Notes: generated by a model from the letters alone, not told the origin. Shown: positions 9,222 to 19,780, counted from the first letter of the stretch. The stretch: DNA of 59,968 bases from a virus (IMGVR_UViG_3300034071_001219:1-59968), one strand, 5' to 3'. Numbers and translations are program-made.

Positions 9222-9749
9222 TTATACGGTGGCACCCACCTTTACATTTGCTGACACATACTCTAGAACATTTTCCGGAGTAGTTTGCTCATAAGGGTCG
9301 GTGTCGGCATTGTCCCGTCTCCCCTCTTCAACGAATAGTTTTTCGATGATTCCGTTATCCACGACCGCAGCATAACGCCAAGAGCGATCGCCGAAACCAA
9401 GGTTAGACTTATTGACAAGCATTCCCATAGAACGTGTGAAATAAGCATTGCCGTCTGGAATGAGTTTTACTTTCTCAATGTTCTGGTCCTGTGCCCAGGC
9501 ATTCATCACAAACCCATCATTAACAGAGATGCAGTAAATATTGTCGATGCCAAGACTAATAAAGTCATCGTATCTCTCTTCGAATCCAGGTAACTGATAG
9601 GCACTGCAAGTAGGAGTGAAAGCACCAGGCAGGCTAAAAATGACCACACGCTTTCCATTGAAGAGTTCTGATGTTGTACGATTTACAAACTCACCATTCT
9701 CACGAAATTGAAATTGGACTTCGGGAATAGTATAACCTTCACTACGCAT
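9222..9749 (-). CDS. Peroxiredoxin (Prx5/PGdx type)
   Basis: FSLPGAFTPTCS, SVNDGFVM and RSWRYA motifs; GGAGG RBS supports the start at 9749. Confidence 0.92.
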   Translation of the reverse strand: MRSEGYTIPEVQFQFRENGEFVNRTTSELFNGKRVVIFSLPGAFTPTCSAYQLPGFEERYDDFISLGIDNIYCISVNDGFVMNAWAQDQNIEKVKLIPDGNAYFTRSMGMLVNKSNLGFGDRSWRYAAVVDNGIIEKLFVEEGRRDNADTDPYEQTTPENVLEYVSANVKVGATV

Positions 9750-9762
9750 TTTAACCTCCATT

Positions 9763-9866
9763 TCACCAAATACCAGGAATAATTTGGCCCGTAAATGCAT
9801 ACGAACCCATTGCGGCAACAATGCCAATCATTGCTGCCCAACCATTAATACGTTCTGCTCTTTCGT

Positions 9867-9870
<4 letters not shown>
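9763..9870 (-). CDS. hli: High-light inducible protein (35 aa)
   Basis: Manual translation MNERAERINGWAAMIGIVAAMGSYAFTGQIIPGIW (AExxNGxxAMIG, TGQIIPG). Confidence 0.95.
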
Positions 9871-10372
<502 letters not shown>

Positions 10373-10459
10373 TTAATAAGTTTCTGAAAGTTGATTAACT
10401 GAGTGTGCCAGTAAAACAAAAAAGGCGACACTAGTTATTGTAAAGATAATTGAAGTCAT
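10373..10459 (-). CDS. Small membrane peptide (28 aa)
   Basis: MTSIIFTITSVAFFVLLAHSVNQLSETY fills the hli-petF gap. Confidence 0.5.
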   Translation of the reverse strand: MTSIIFTITSVAFFVLLAHSVNQLSETY

Positions 10460-10472
10460 TGTCAATCAAATG

Positions 10473-10682
10473 TCAGAGGATTCCGAAAAAGAAGTTGCCA
10501 GTGAGAGCATAAGAAAGAGCCCCAGCAACAATACCGACCATAGCCCAGCGTCCATTCATTTTCTCCGCTTTCTCAGCATAGGGTTCAATACCATAACGTT
10601 CAAGATCTTCCTTCGTCATATACATCGAAGGTTCTTTTGCCCACATATTCATTTGTCCACGATCATTAGTTGTTACAGTCAT
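10473..10682 (-). CDS. hli: High-light inducible protein
   Basis: N-terminal NMWAKEP and AEKMNGRWAMVG motifs. Confidence 0.93.
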   Translation of the reverse strand: MTVTTNDRGQMNMWAKEPSMYMTKEDLERYGIEPYAEKAEKMNGRWAMVGIVAGALSYALTGNFFFGIL

Positions 10683-10693
10683 TTTTTCGTTTT

Positions 10694-10740
10694 ATTACGA
10701 ATTGTTACACAATTATATAGGAAAAATAAAGGGGTGTCAA
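10694..10740 (-). promoter_or_regulatory. Consensus sigma70 promoter of the hli operon with an HLR1 (RpaB)-like direct repeat just downstream
   Basis: TTGACA-17-TATAAT (10740-10712); ATTACGAA-tt-GTTACACA at 10694-10711. Confidence 0.7.
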
Positions 10741-10757
10741 GCACCCCATGTTATGAT

Positions 10758-11723
10758 TTACTTACCGATGCGATTTACAGCAATACGTGCTTTGTTCAAA
10801 ACACTTCCAGCAAGAGGAACATAACCCAAATCATCAGCAATCATCTGTGCCTTTCCACTCAGAGCGTAATTAAGTGCTGATTGAATATCACCAGTTTTGG
10901 TGCCATTACCAGTCTTATATGCAAGAACCCAAGTCAGAGTGGAGATAGGATAAGCACCAGCACCAGAGGGATTGGGATCTTCCCCAGCAAGATTTGTATC
11001 CAGTTTAATGGAATTCAGAGCAGCAGCGCCAGACTTGGCAGAAGGGAGAACAAAATTACCTGCCTTATTCTTGATTGCAGCAGCCTGGAGTTTATTTACT
11101 TTTACAAATCCAGTATTTACATAACCAATAGAACCAGGAGTGTTACGAATGGTTCCTGCAACACCTTCATTACCTTTACCACCAACACCAACTGGCCAAG
11201 AAACAGACTTACCAACAGACTTCCAAGCAGCATCAAATGCGTTTAGAGAGTTGGTAAACGCAAAAGTAGTACCAGAACCATCAGAACGATGAACAACCCG
11301 AATAGGACCATTACCACAGTTAGGGAGTTGTTTCCAATCCTTAATCTCACCTTGGAAAATATCAACCACTTGCTTCTGAGTCAGTTTCAGAGAGCATCCA
11401 GGTTTGTTATATGCAACAGCAATCGTTCCACCCACCATAGGAATTTGAACGACACCACGCTTCACTTGCTTTGCTTCTGATGCTTTGATGGGTTCATCAC
11501 TTGCTGCGAAGTCAACTGTACCCGCAATGAATTGACGAACACCAGCACCAGAACCAACGGACTGATAATTAACCCTACTCCCAGAAGTTCGTGCATAATC
11601 TTGGAACCATCGTTGATAAATCGGTGCAGGGAAGGTAGCACCTGCACCATTCAAAGTCGTTCCTGCAAACACAGCAGTAGGAGCAGCAAGAAGACCAATA
11701 GCAATAAAGTTTTTGAGTTTCAT
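10758..11723 (-). CDS. pstS: Phosphate-binding protein PstS
   Basis: GAGATFP, YQSVGSGAG and HRSDGSGTT motifs; signal peptide from M at 11723. Confidence 0.97.
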   Translation of the reverse strand: MKLKNFIAIGLLAAPTAVFAGTTLNGAGATFPAPIYQRWFQDYARTSGSRVNYQSVGSGAGVRQFIAGTVDFAASDEPIKASEAKQVKRGVVQIPMVGGTIAVAYNKPGCSLKLTQKQVVDIFQGEIKDWKQLPNCGNGPIRVVHRSDGSGTTFAFTNSLNAFDAAWKSVGKSVSWPVGVGGKGNEGVAGTIRNTPGSIGYVNTGFVKVNKLQAAAIKNKAGNFVLPSAKSGAAALNSIKLDTNLAGEDPNPSGAGAYPISTLTWVLAYKTGNGTKTGDIQSALNYALSGKAQMIADDLGYVPLAGSVLNKARIAVNRIGK

Positions 11724-11763
11724 AAAAAGTGAATAACTTCGCAAGTAATAATACCGAAACAGA

Positions 11764-11792
11764 ACCTTAAAGTCCACTAAGGTTTGGTTAAG
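11764..11792 (-). promoter_or_regulatory. Putative Pho box upstream of pstS
   Basis: CTTAACCA-3-CTTAGTGG-2-TTTAAGGT, resembling cyanobacterial PyTTAAPyPy(T/A) repeats. Confidence 0.6.
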
Positions 11793-11806
11793 GTTTTGGT
11801 TTCATA

Positions 11807-11833
11807 AAAAAGCACCCCTTTCTGGGGTGCTTT
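11807..11833 (-). terminator. Intrinsic terminator after the porin
   Basis: AGCACCCC-AGAAA-GGGGTGCT followed by a U tract. Confidence 0.8.
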
Positions 11834-11855
11834 CACTCATATCATGAGTTACTTA

Positions 11856-13355
11856 TCAGAACGTAAACTTGGTCTGAATCACACCACCCCAGTTAGAGGC
11901 ATCATCAACCAGACGTTGGTTATCACTAGCATAGAAGATTGCAGGAGTGATGCTGATGTTATCCGACACCTGATACTTGTAGAAGATCTCAAGCATAGTT
12001 GCCTTTTCAAGATCAGATCCTGTAGGAGCTTGACCAATAGCAACACCAGCAGAGTTGCCCTTAGCAAATACATCTGCCCACTGAAGACCTGTGAACCATG
12101 AATCACTATTGGTAGCATCACTTTGCGTACCGCTTACAGTATTCCAACCATAGGCAGCAGAGATTGAAGGAACCCAACCTGTCTGCTTAGGTTGCCAGTA
12201 AGCATTGATGGCATAACCATTGGAGGTTTGACCAGGAACCAGAGTACCAGAAGCACCATTCAGACCATTATAGGTACGAACACGAGTGCCTTCAGTGCCA
12301 TAACGATAACCAAAGGCAATACCGTAGTTAGTACCACGATAACCAATCTGTGCCAGAGTATTCAGAGCACCAGATTCGTCGAATTCACCTTTGGAAGAAT
12401 CCGAACCGTTCTGTGCAACATAGTTTACACCAGCAACCAGACCTTGCTTACCTTTTTGCTTCCACATAGCACCGAAACCAGCACCAGTTGCCTTGTTATA
12501 AACACCAGGAGCACCAGCAACAGCAAAGAAGTCAAGAATGTCCGACTTATAAGCAGAAGGAACCCATGCCATTTCAGTGTTACGAACCTTAGCACCAGCA
12601 GTTAGAGTAGTGGTGTTGTTGAAGGCAGGGAACTGATAGTACAGACGATCAAGAACTACGTTATCACCATTAGTACTTGAGAAGTTATCTGCCTTATCAA
12701 GTTTGAAGAGTGAAGAAGAACTGCCGAATGGATCAGAACTGAAGTTAGAAGAACGAAGACGAGTACGGAGTAGATCCTTACCAGTAAACGAAGTATCAAA
12801 GTTCAGACGAACATCATAGTTAAAAGCAGTTCGTGTGACATCATCAGTTGTAGCAGCGGTGCCACTACCTGCCTTAGTGCGATAATCGTCCACTCCACCC
12901 AGAACGAAGGTTGCTTCACCTTTCAGTTTGGTGGTGGTAGAGAACTGAGTTGCTTCAAGTTGACCAACCTTGGCTTCCAGTTTATCAACACGACCACGAA
13001 TAACAGCAAGTTCTTCACGGAACTCGGTAGAAAGACGCTGAAGTTCATCAGTCACTTCGGTTACACGGTCAAGGCAAGCATTCAGAAGTGCTGCCGCCTC
13101 AAAACGAGTCATTGATTTAGCACCACCGTAGGTGCCATTAGGGTAACCAGCAACGCAACCATAACGCTCTACAAGGTTGCTAAGTGCCTGATATGCCCAA
13201 TCAGAAGGTTGGATATCAGAGAGTTGAGTTACACTTGTTGCCTGCTCAGAGGAGTATTGATTTACTGCTGCCATATTAAGGTCTGCAGCATTCGCTGCAA
13301 CAGGAGCAATCATTCCCAAAGCAACGGGTGCAAGCATCAGTTGTTTGATTTTCAT
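11856..13355 (-). CDS. Cyanobacterial outer-membrane porin (SLH + OprB-type barrel, Som family)
   Basis: SLH motif SDIQPSDWAYQALSNLVERYGC, TRFEAAALL, QFSTTTKLKGE, terminal TKFTF. Confidence 0.93.
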   Translation of the reverse strand: MKIKQLMLAPVALGMIAPVAANAADLNMAAVNQYSSEQATSVTQLSDIQPSDWAYQALSNLVERYGCVAGYPNGTYGGAKSMTRFEAAALLNACLDRVTEVTDELQRLSTEFREELAVIRGRVDKLEAKVGQLEATQFSTTTKLKGEATFVLGGVDDYRTKAGSGTAATTDDVTRTAFNYDVRLNFDTSFTGKDLLRTRLRSSNFSSDPFGSSSSLFKLDKADNFSSTNGDNVVLDRLYYQFPAFNNTTTLTAGAKVRNTEMAWVPSAYKSDILDFFAVAGAPGVYNKATGAGFGAMWKQKGKQGLVAGVNYVAQNGSDSSKGEFDESGALNTLAQIGYRGTNYGIAFGYRYGTEGTRVRTYNGLNGASGTLVPGQTSNGYAINAYWQPKQTGWVPSISAAYGWNTVSGTQSDATNSDSWFTGLQWADVFAKGNSAGVAIGQAPTGSDLEKATMLEIFYKYQVSDNISITPAIFYASDNQRLVDDASNWGGVIQTKFTF

Positions 13356-13388
13356 AAAAGTTTTTTATGTACTATAGGACAAAAAATG

Positions 13389-13452
13389 TTAAGAATTGCA
13401 ACTGAATTCTTAAGTACTTATTTAGTATAAGGGGATTTTGAAATATTGTCAA
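13389..13452 (-). promoter_or_regulatory. Porin promoter with a downstream inverted repeat
   Basis: TTGACA-17-TATACT (13452-13424); TTAAGAATT-7-AATTCTTAA at 13389-13413. Confidence 0.6.
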
Positions 13453-14279
13453 GAGGGTGGTTGCTCAGCTCTGGGAATGGGTCCATTTGCATCAAAACCT
13501 GGAGGCAAACCAAACTCATATGGATGCCAGTTCATAAGTTGATCTAATCCGCCTTCAAGATCATAACTGTCTCTTTCCCAAAAATTAACAATACCATTGT
13601 AACTATCCCTATGGAAAATATCAATATGTTCAGGATGAATAGCAGATCCAAGATCCAAACGATATACGAAGATTGGGAAACAATAAGATTTTCCAGTGTT
13701 TAAAATCAGATCTTCAGATACTGCTCTGGGATTAACTCCATTATCAAGTTTATACTTATCATTTGGTTTGATATGATTCTTATAAATCTTTTCCGCATGA
13801 TGTCGGGTGATTATATATGCAGCAGCAGAAAAATCATTAATGAATCTAGGATGAAGATTAATATAGATTGTCGCTGGATTGATAGTCGTTAGTTGTACCG
13901 TATCATAGTCATACGGCAACTTAGCATACATATCTGACCAAGAAAACTGCCAATACTTAGCAGTATCGAACAAAATATCATCTTCGAGAATTAGAATCTC
14001 TGAATAGTCAGTCTCTTCAAGAAAATACCTAATACATTTGAGATGAGAAAGGCAACAACCAATCTCATTCATACTCATGTTATCAGGTATCTTACCTTTA
14101 AGAAGATCTGTTACATCACCATCTCTACCATCAACACCAGAAATTCTAGTATGATTCTCAATCTGCCAATAAGAAAACTGAGTCTCCATATGCTGACGAC
14201 GGTGTTCATCAGCATCCAAATTCATCCAAAGAATAGGAGGAAGATTGGCAAGTTTATATGCGGATTTATTCTTGTCCAT
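13449..14279 (-). CDS. Glycosyltransferase family 25
   Basis: NLD...RR, EIGCCLSH and ILEDDI motifs. Confidence 0.85.
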   Translation of the reverse strand: MDKNKSAYKLANLPPILWMNLDADEHRRQHMETQFSYWQIENHTRISGVDGRDGDVTDLLKGKIPDNMSMNEIGCCLSHLKCIRYFLEETDYSEILILEDDILFDTAKYWQFSWSDMYAKLPYDYDTVQLTTINPATIYINLHPRFINDFSAAAYIITRHHAEKIYKNHIKPNDKYKLDNGVNPRAVSEDLILNTGKSYCFPIFVYRLDLGSAIHPEHIDIFHRDSYNGIVNFWERDSYDLEGGLDQLMNWHPYEFGLPPGFDANGPIPRAEQPPS

Positions 14280-15090
14280 CATTAATACGGATCCATTCAT
14301 CGGGTATCAAATCTTTAGTATTTAAATCTTTAGTATATCCTGTTTTTCCAAACCATTGGGCAGGAGCAATCACCTTCTTATTTTTATTGGAAGATAACCA
14401 AGCGCCCCACCAAGAGAATGAAGAGTTGGCAATAATAAAATCATTACACAAAGACATCAGACAAAGATCAACTCTATTGTCAGTATTTTCGGAAATCAAG
14501 AACCTGTCATTAGAAAATAGTTCTTGTTGATTGCACCACTCAGGATCATCAGAAAAAACTACTACATTTCTATCTTCATCAAAGTGTTTCAATGCTGCCT
14601 CATAATACTCAAGAGGTAGGTTGAAATGATTCTCACTATTGACCAGGTAATCTGTACGGCGAACGTGAAGTGCAATAGGATTTTCTACAGAAGAAATCAT
14701 TTCTTTACAAGGTCCAAGAATCTCATTCTTGAATGTAAAGTCTTCACGAATCTCTTGTTCAATATGTTTGAAATATTTTTCAGTTTGAAAATATCCTTGC
14801 AAACTTACATGATCGGGGCAAAGAGTAAAGATCTCTTCATCAAACTCATGAAATCTTTCTTTGACTACAGGAGCATGACCATTATTCAAAACACCAATAT
14901 TTACATTTAGATCAAAAGAATCAAATAGTTCGGTTCTAAGTTTATTTCCAATCCCATCATCCACGGCAACCGTGTGATTGGGAATGCAAACATCAGCACC
15001 TACATTTCTAGCAATACCTTTTAGTGAGGCATACTGGAACATCTGATTTGCCAGACGACCCATTCTACCCAATGCATTAAATCCTATCAT
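14266..15090 (-). CDS. Alpha-1,2-fucosyltransferase-like (GT11)
   Basis: GRLANQMFQYA, GYFQTEKYF, HVRRTDY and IIANSSFSWWGAWL motifs. Confidence 0.92.
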   Translation of the reverse strand: MIGFNALGRMGRLANQMFQYASLKGIARNVGADVCIPNHTVAVDDGIGNKLRTELFDSFDLNVNIGVLNNGHAPVVKERFHEFDEEIFTLCPDHVSLQGYFQTEKYFKHIEQEIREDFTFKNEILGPCKEMISSVENPIALHVRRTDYLVNSENHFNLPLEYYEAALKHFDEDRNVVVFSDDPEWCNQQELFSNDRFLISENTDNRVDLCLMSLCNDFIIANSSFSWWGAWLSSNKNKKVIAPAQWFGKTGYTKDLNTKDLIPDEWIRINDGQE

Positions 15091-15893
15091 ACCAATTGTT
15101 CTCTACGTTTTTTTAGATAGTCTTGTTGTTGATAATACTCTATCAGTTTATCTTTGTCAAATGTCTTTATAGTATTCCAAAGTTGATAGTTATTATTGAA
15201 GTTTGGATTGCTAAACCAAGAGTTATGAGTTCTTGAATGTTCCAGATGATAGACATAGTTCTCAACTCTTTCAATACGATTTCCCAAAACACTCATACGA
15301 TAATAAAACTCATCGTCTTCACAACCCCAAGATATAAAGTTCTCATTCATCATAAATGAATCAATATATTTTTGGCGATTCACAAACTGGGTCCAACCTA
15401 TTGTTGAGTTTGAGATTGCTTTTCTCTTATCTAAGATAGAAGTGTCTAGAGTATTAACAAACTCTTCATAGATATCTGGACTATACTCTGCTCTCCACTG
15501 ATAGATTCCACAACCATAAGGATAGACAACATCTGCTTGATCGTTAATGATTGCTTCATAAGCTTGATGATATGAAGAGATTGGTAAAATACAATCCGCA
15601 TCATAGTTTGCTACAACTTTAGTATTTGAAACAACGATCAGATCATTTAGAACTTTACCTTTACAAAACAAAGGTTCATCAGACTCTTCAAAAAAATAAT
15701 CCAGATTAGAAGTATCAACATACTTCCTAATCTCTGGAATTGCCCTAAACTTAAAAGTTGGATGATGAGAGACTTCCTTGACCAATACTTTAGCAGGGAT
15801 GTGCCTTAGAAGATAAGAGACAGAGGATATAATGTTTCTCAATCTATCTTCAGTCTCTATTCTAGTTGGGATTAGAAAAGTTAAGTCCATCAT
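15087..15893 (-). CDS. Glycosyltransferase (GT-A; GT2/GT7-like)
   Basis: DADC DxD motif, NENFISWGCEDDEF and YHLEH. Confidence 0.8.
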   Translation of the reverse strand: MMDLTFLIPTRIETEDRLRNIISSVSYLLRHIPAKVLVKEVSHHPTFKFRAIPEIRKYVDTSNLDYFFEESDEPLFCKGKVLNDLIVVSNTKVVANYDADCILPISSYHQAYEAIINDQADVVYPYGCGIYQWRAEYSPDIYEEFVNTLDTSILDKRKAISNSTIGWTQFVNRQKYIDSFMMNENFISWGCEDDEFYYRMSVLGNRIERVENYVYHLEHSRTHNSWFSNPNFNNNYQLWNTIKTFDKDKLIEYYQQQDYLKKRREQLV

Positions 15894-16762
15894 CTCTGAA
15901 TTTTCTCCTCAGGAATCTGTTCAACAATCCAAGATTCTGGAATCAAGTCCTTAGTGTTATTGAAGGATAGTCTTTCACCAAACCAAGGATTTTGAGCAAT
16001 CACTTTCTTATTGGGATTCTTTTGCAACCAAGCACCCCACCAAGATAGAGAACTATTAGCAATAATAGCATCACTACACATTGACATTAGGCAAAGATCA
16101 TAAAATGGAACAAGAGACTTTTCCATTTGACCTGCACCATTCAGCACTTGCTTAGGATAATAAATCCGGGTTTCAGAAAGGTAGAAACGATCACCCTGAA
16201 ATAGTTTTTGTTCTTTTACCCATTCAAGATCATCGGAACAAATTAATACTGGTTGATTATCTGAGAAGTGTTTTTCAAGAAGGTACTCGTAATGATCAAC
16301 TACAGGCATAGGATACCAATCAGGACGACCTACGTTGTCACCCCTACGAATATGAAGCAAAACAATGTTTCCACCGAATTGTTCCATAAACTCATTACAA
16401 GTTCCGTGAATCTCATCTTTAAACTCAAAATCTTCACGAATAGAATCTCCAATATGTTTAAAGTATTTTTCAGTCTGACGATACCCATCGATGTTTACAT
16501 TATCCGGACAGTTATTAAAGAGTTCTTCATCAAACTCAAATCCAGGTTCATCCAAGGTTGGACCATTCTGAATAAATCCAACATTCTTTACATTCTTAAG
16601 TTTGAATGCATCAAAAAGACCGTAGTTAGCATAAGTTGGTGCATCCTCAGGAGGAATACACCAATCTAGATTATTGTTTGCAGCAATGCCACGAAGTGCT
16701 GCATACTGAAACATTTGGTTTCCCAAACGACCATTTGTTCCGAGCCTGTTATATCCAATCAT
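15890..16762 (-). CDS. Alpha-1,2-fucosyltransferase-like (GT11), second paralog
   Basis: GRLGNQMFQYA, HIRRGD and ANSSLSWWGAWL motifs. Confidence 0.92.
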   Translation of the reverse strand: MIGYNRLGTNGRLGNQMFQYAALRGIAANNNLDWCIPPEDAPTYANYGLFDAFKLKNVKNVGFIQNGPTLDEPGFEFDEELFNNCPDNVNIDGYRQTEKYFKHIGDSIREDFEFKDEIHGTCNEFMEQFGGNIVLLHIRRGDNVGRPDWYPMPVVDHYEYLLEKHFSDNQPVLICSDDLEWVKEQKLFQGDRFYLSETRIYYPKQVLNGAGQMEKSLVPFYDLCLMSMCSDAIIANSSLSWWGAWLQKNPNKKVIAQNPWFGERLSFNNTKDLIPESWIVEQIPEEKIQR

Positions 16763-17901
16763 AAGTCAATCCAAAATACTTCTTCGTTAGGAATACCAAA
16801 AATCAATCTATCACTATAGAGTCTTTCTAAGTTATCTCTCACTTCAACATCAATAGAATCATAATCAGTCACATAAACCCTATAGTTTTCTCCAACCAAA
16901 TCATAACACAAACGATATTGTTGACTTTCAGTTAGAATATCTGTTCCTGGTTTGTATGTAATATAATGAAAAGCAAAGGGAAGACCTCTAGTATTCTTTT
17001 CAATATAATAATCTTTCAAGAACTTAGCGTGTTCATTATTAAAGTTATCCGTTGTGAGTCCAAGGTTATATTCTAATCCAAGTTTTTTCGCATAAGCAGC
17101 AAAAGAACGATTGTCTCTTGGTAAGCACGGCCCACCAAATCCATATCCATATTTCAAAAACTTATTACCAATTCTAGTGTCATTGCCGATTGCACTCAAT
17201 ACAGAACCAATCTCTCCCCCCAAACCAGACTTGGTTAATACTTCACCCACCATATTAGCATAACTGATCTTAGTTGTAAGATAGCAGTTGATAGCAAGTT
17301 TTACAATTTCAGAAGCAGTCAAAGACATAAAGTTAATCTTTGGTTCTGATACTTGAATCTTGTTATAGATTTCGCTGATTAAAGATTTGGTTTTTTCAGA
17401 GTTCCCTCCAACCAAAACCATATCAGCATATTGAAGATCTCTAACAATTGTTCCCTGAGCAATAAACTCTGGATTGTAAAATACATCTACACCTAAAGCG
17501 TCTAGTTGCTTTTGGAAGTTTTCACAATCTCCAGGATTTGTAGTGCATCCAACGACAAATGTTTTTCCTCGAACAGGTTCATCTAGTTCTTGAATATCAT
17601 TGATGACCTGCCAAACGGCACTCACATCATAACTACCATCTGGCAATGAAGGAGTTGCTACTAGAGTGTAGATAAGATCACACTCACGAATAACCTCTTT
17701 ATTATCAATAGTAGCCTTAAAGTTTACAGCGTCATCCAAAAGGTCAGAAACCTGTGGTTCATTAGTTTTGATGACTCTATCATTCAGACCATTAACATAG
17801 TCTTCACGAACATCAGAAACTAATACTTCGTATCCTGCTTTTTCTAAAAGAAGAGCAAAGCAGATACCAAGTCTGCCTGCTCCGATAACTCCAATCTTCA
17901 T
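16759..17901 (-). CDS. UDP-glucose/GDP-mannose dehydrogenase family protein
   Basis: GAGRLG, YNPEFIAQG and GYGFGGPCLPRD motifs. Confidence 0.9.
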   Translation of the reverse strand: MKIGVIGAGRLGICFALLLEKAGYEVLVSDVREDYVNGLNDRVIKTNEPQVSDLLDDAVNFKATIDNKEVIRECDLIYTLVATPSLPDGSYDVSAVWQVINDIQELDEPVRGKTFVVGCTTNPGDCENFQKQLDALGVDVFYNPEFIAQGTIVRDLQYADMVLVGGNSEKTKSLISEIYNKIQVSEPKINFMSLTASEIVKLAINCYLTTKISYANMVGEVLTKSGLGGEIGSVLSAIGNDTRIGNKFLKYGYGFGGPCLPRDNRSFAAYAKKLGLEYNLGLTTDNFNNEHAKFLKDYYIEKNTRGLPFAFHYITYKPGTDILTESQQYRLCYDLVGENYRVYVTDYDSIDVEVRDNLERLYSDRLIFGIPNEEVFWIDL

Positions 17902-18671
17902 AGTTTAAATGTAGGAATAGCAACCATTTTATGTTTGTTTTGTTTATGAAACTTTTGGTAGATATTGATCGCAAGAGTTTCTTCTTCAGTTAAGAACAAA
18001 GGATCCTCGTTCAATCCCTTTTCCATTACCCATTCTAGCATTTCATATGATGTACCAATCTGATCTTCATCAGTTCTTCCATCATCCCAAAGACCATCAG
18101 TTGGTTTTGCCTCAACAATTCGCTGGTCAATTCCTAACGACTTGCCAAGTTCCCATACTTCAGTTTTGTAGAGATCTGCAATGGGAGCAATATCAACTCC
18201 ACCATCACCATATTTAGTGTAAAATCCTACACCATAATCCTCAACTTTATTTCCAGTACCCACAACAACACCACCAACGGAAGTTGCAACTTGATAAAGA
18301 GTTACCATACGAAGACGTGATCTACTATTTGCCAAAGCGAGTTCATTAAATCCCAACTCTCTCATAGTAAACTGAAAAGTATCAAAAACTTTTGCGAGAT
18401 CAAACTTGTTTGCTATTACATTTGGAAAGTTTGATTGTAACCATTCCAAATGAGCATCAGATAGAGTTTCCTGTTCCTCTTTTTGGTGGATAGGCATTCC
18501 TAGAACATATGTCGGAAGACCCGTAGATGCGGCAAGAGTTGAAGAAACTGCGGAGTCAATTCCACCAGAGACACCAACCACAAATGCTTTGATGTTATGT
18601 TCAATAACATAGTCACCTAACCACTTAACTATTCTATTTTTTAGATCAACATAATCAACAATACGATTCAT
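17898..18671 (-). CDS. nadE: NH3-dependent NAD+ synthetase
   Basis: GVSGGIDS, GTGNKVE, GFYTKYGDGG and TDEDQIG motifs. Confidence 0.93.
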   Translation of the reverse strand: MNRIVDYVDLKNRIVKWLGDYVIEHNIKAFVVGVSGGIDSAVSSTLAASTGLPTYVLGMPIHQKEEQETLSDAHLEWLQSNFPNVIANKFDLAKVFDTFQFTMRELGFNELALANSRSRLRMVTLYQVATSVGGVVVGTGNKVEDYGVGFYTKYGDGGVDIAPIADLYKTEVWELGKSLGIDQRIVEAKPTDGLWDDGRTDEDQIGTSYEMLEWVMEKGLNEDPLFLTEEETLAINIYQKFHKQNKHKMVAIPTFKL

Positions 18672-18705
18672 TTTAATACTTGGTTTTTAACTATTATACC
18701 ACAAA

Positions 18706-19047
18706 TCAGAGAGTCCTGCCATAATCATCCTCAAGTCTTTTAATATCAGACTCATCACACTTATCGCCCATCTGAACTTCGTAGAATAATATACCCTCAG
18801 CACCTGCTTTCATGCGATGTATTTGCTTTACTTCAATTTTAAACTTATCACCAACATTTACTGGAAAAGAGATTTTATCTAAAGTTATAAATCCACTACC
18901 TTCAACAACTATCCAATGCTCCTCTCTATGATCATGATACTGAAGAGAAAACTGTTGATTTGGATTTACATGGATTTTTTTAAGTTTATAACTTTCCCTT
19001 TCCTCTATGGTTTCAAACCATCCCCAAGGTCTTTTTTCTCTATTCAT
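18706..19047 (-). CDS. Mannose-6-phosphate isomerase type II, cupin domain
   Basis: RPWGWF, SLQYHDHREEHW, EVQ.G and DI.RLEDDYGR motifs. Confidence 0.88.
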   Translation of the reverse strand: MNREKRPWGWFETIEERESYKLKKIHVNPNQQFSLQYHDHREEHWIVVEGSGFITLDKISFPVNVGDKFKIEVKQIHRMKAGAEGILFYEVQMGDKCDESDIKRLEDDYGRTL

Positions 19048-19780
19048 TTTCGTAAATCCAGTTAGGGTTCCTATACACAAGATTTATCTCATTGTGATGA
19101 GTCTGCTCCTGATTTGGATGCCTCCTTTGATACATATGAATCTCATTATTGTGACAATACTTGTCAATGATATAGCAAACAGATGTACCAACAGTGTGAA
19201 TTTCTGATGCGTTTTCAAATGCACCTATCCAATCAAAGACATTAAATCCATTTGATTTATCCTGTTGAAGGTTCATGTAGTGAACTTTTTTGTCAGTATT
19301 AACATTGAAGTTATCCGAGTCATCAGGATCAGTACCAAAAGCACGATTGACGATTACATAATCTCCAGTAAGTCCATAAGTTTCAATCAACTTATTTTCT
19401 CTCTCTTTATTTCTGATAATATCAAAAGACTTTCTATAATCGGAAATGGGAACAGAAAGGAAATAATATTTTGCTGCCATCACAGAACACTTTGGAAGAT
19501 ATCGGTCAGCAAAACTTGCAGGAACATAAAGTTCATTTTCAGTTTGGTGAATATTCGCAGTTCCATAATACTGCTTAAGCGGGAAATCATCAGACTCTCT
19601 AACCCAGACAAGATTATCTTTTTTCAGATACTTTACGATCAAGTCATAATAAACATCACCAACAGGATAGTATACAGTGTATTCTTCCCCAATAATAACA
19701 TCAACTAATCGTTGAAGCCACAAAACATCACCCAGTCCCACTGGTTGATAAATCAAACAAGTTTTATTTGTAGTAGTCAT
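19040..19780 (-). CDS. Hypothetical protein, probable glycosyltransferase-like
   Basis: QPVGLGDV (GxGD) start and FDWI...A.EIH motif; sugar-island context. Confidence 0.55.
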   Translation of the reverse strand: MTTTNKTCLIYQPVGLGDVLWLQRLVDVIIGEEYTVYYPVGDVYYDLIVKYLKKDNLVWVRESDDFPLKQYYGTANIHQTENELYVPASFADRYLPKCSVMAAKYYFLSVPISDYRKSFDIIRNKERENKLIETYGLTGDYVIVNRAFGTDPDDSDNFNVNTDKKVHYMNLQQDKSNGFNVFDWIGAFENASEIHTVGTSVCYIIDKYCHNNEIHMYQRRHPNQEQTHHNEINLVYRNPNWIYENE

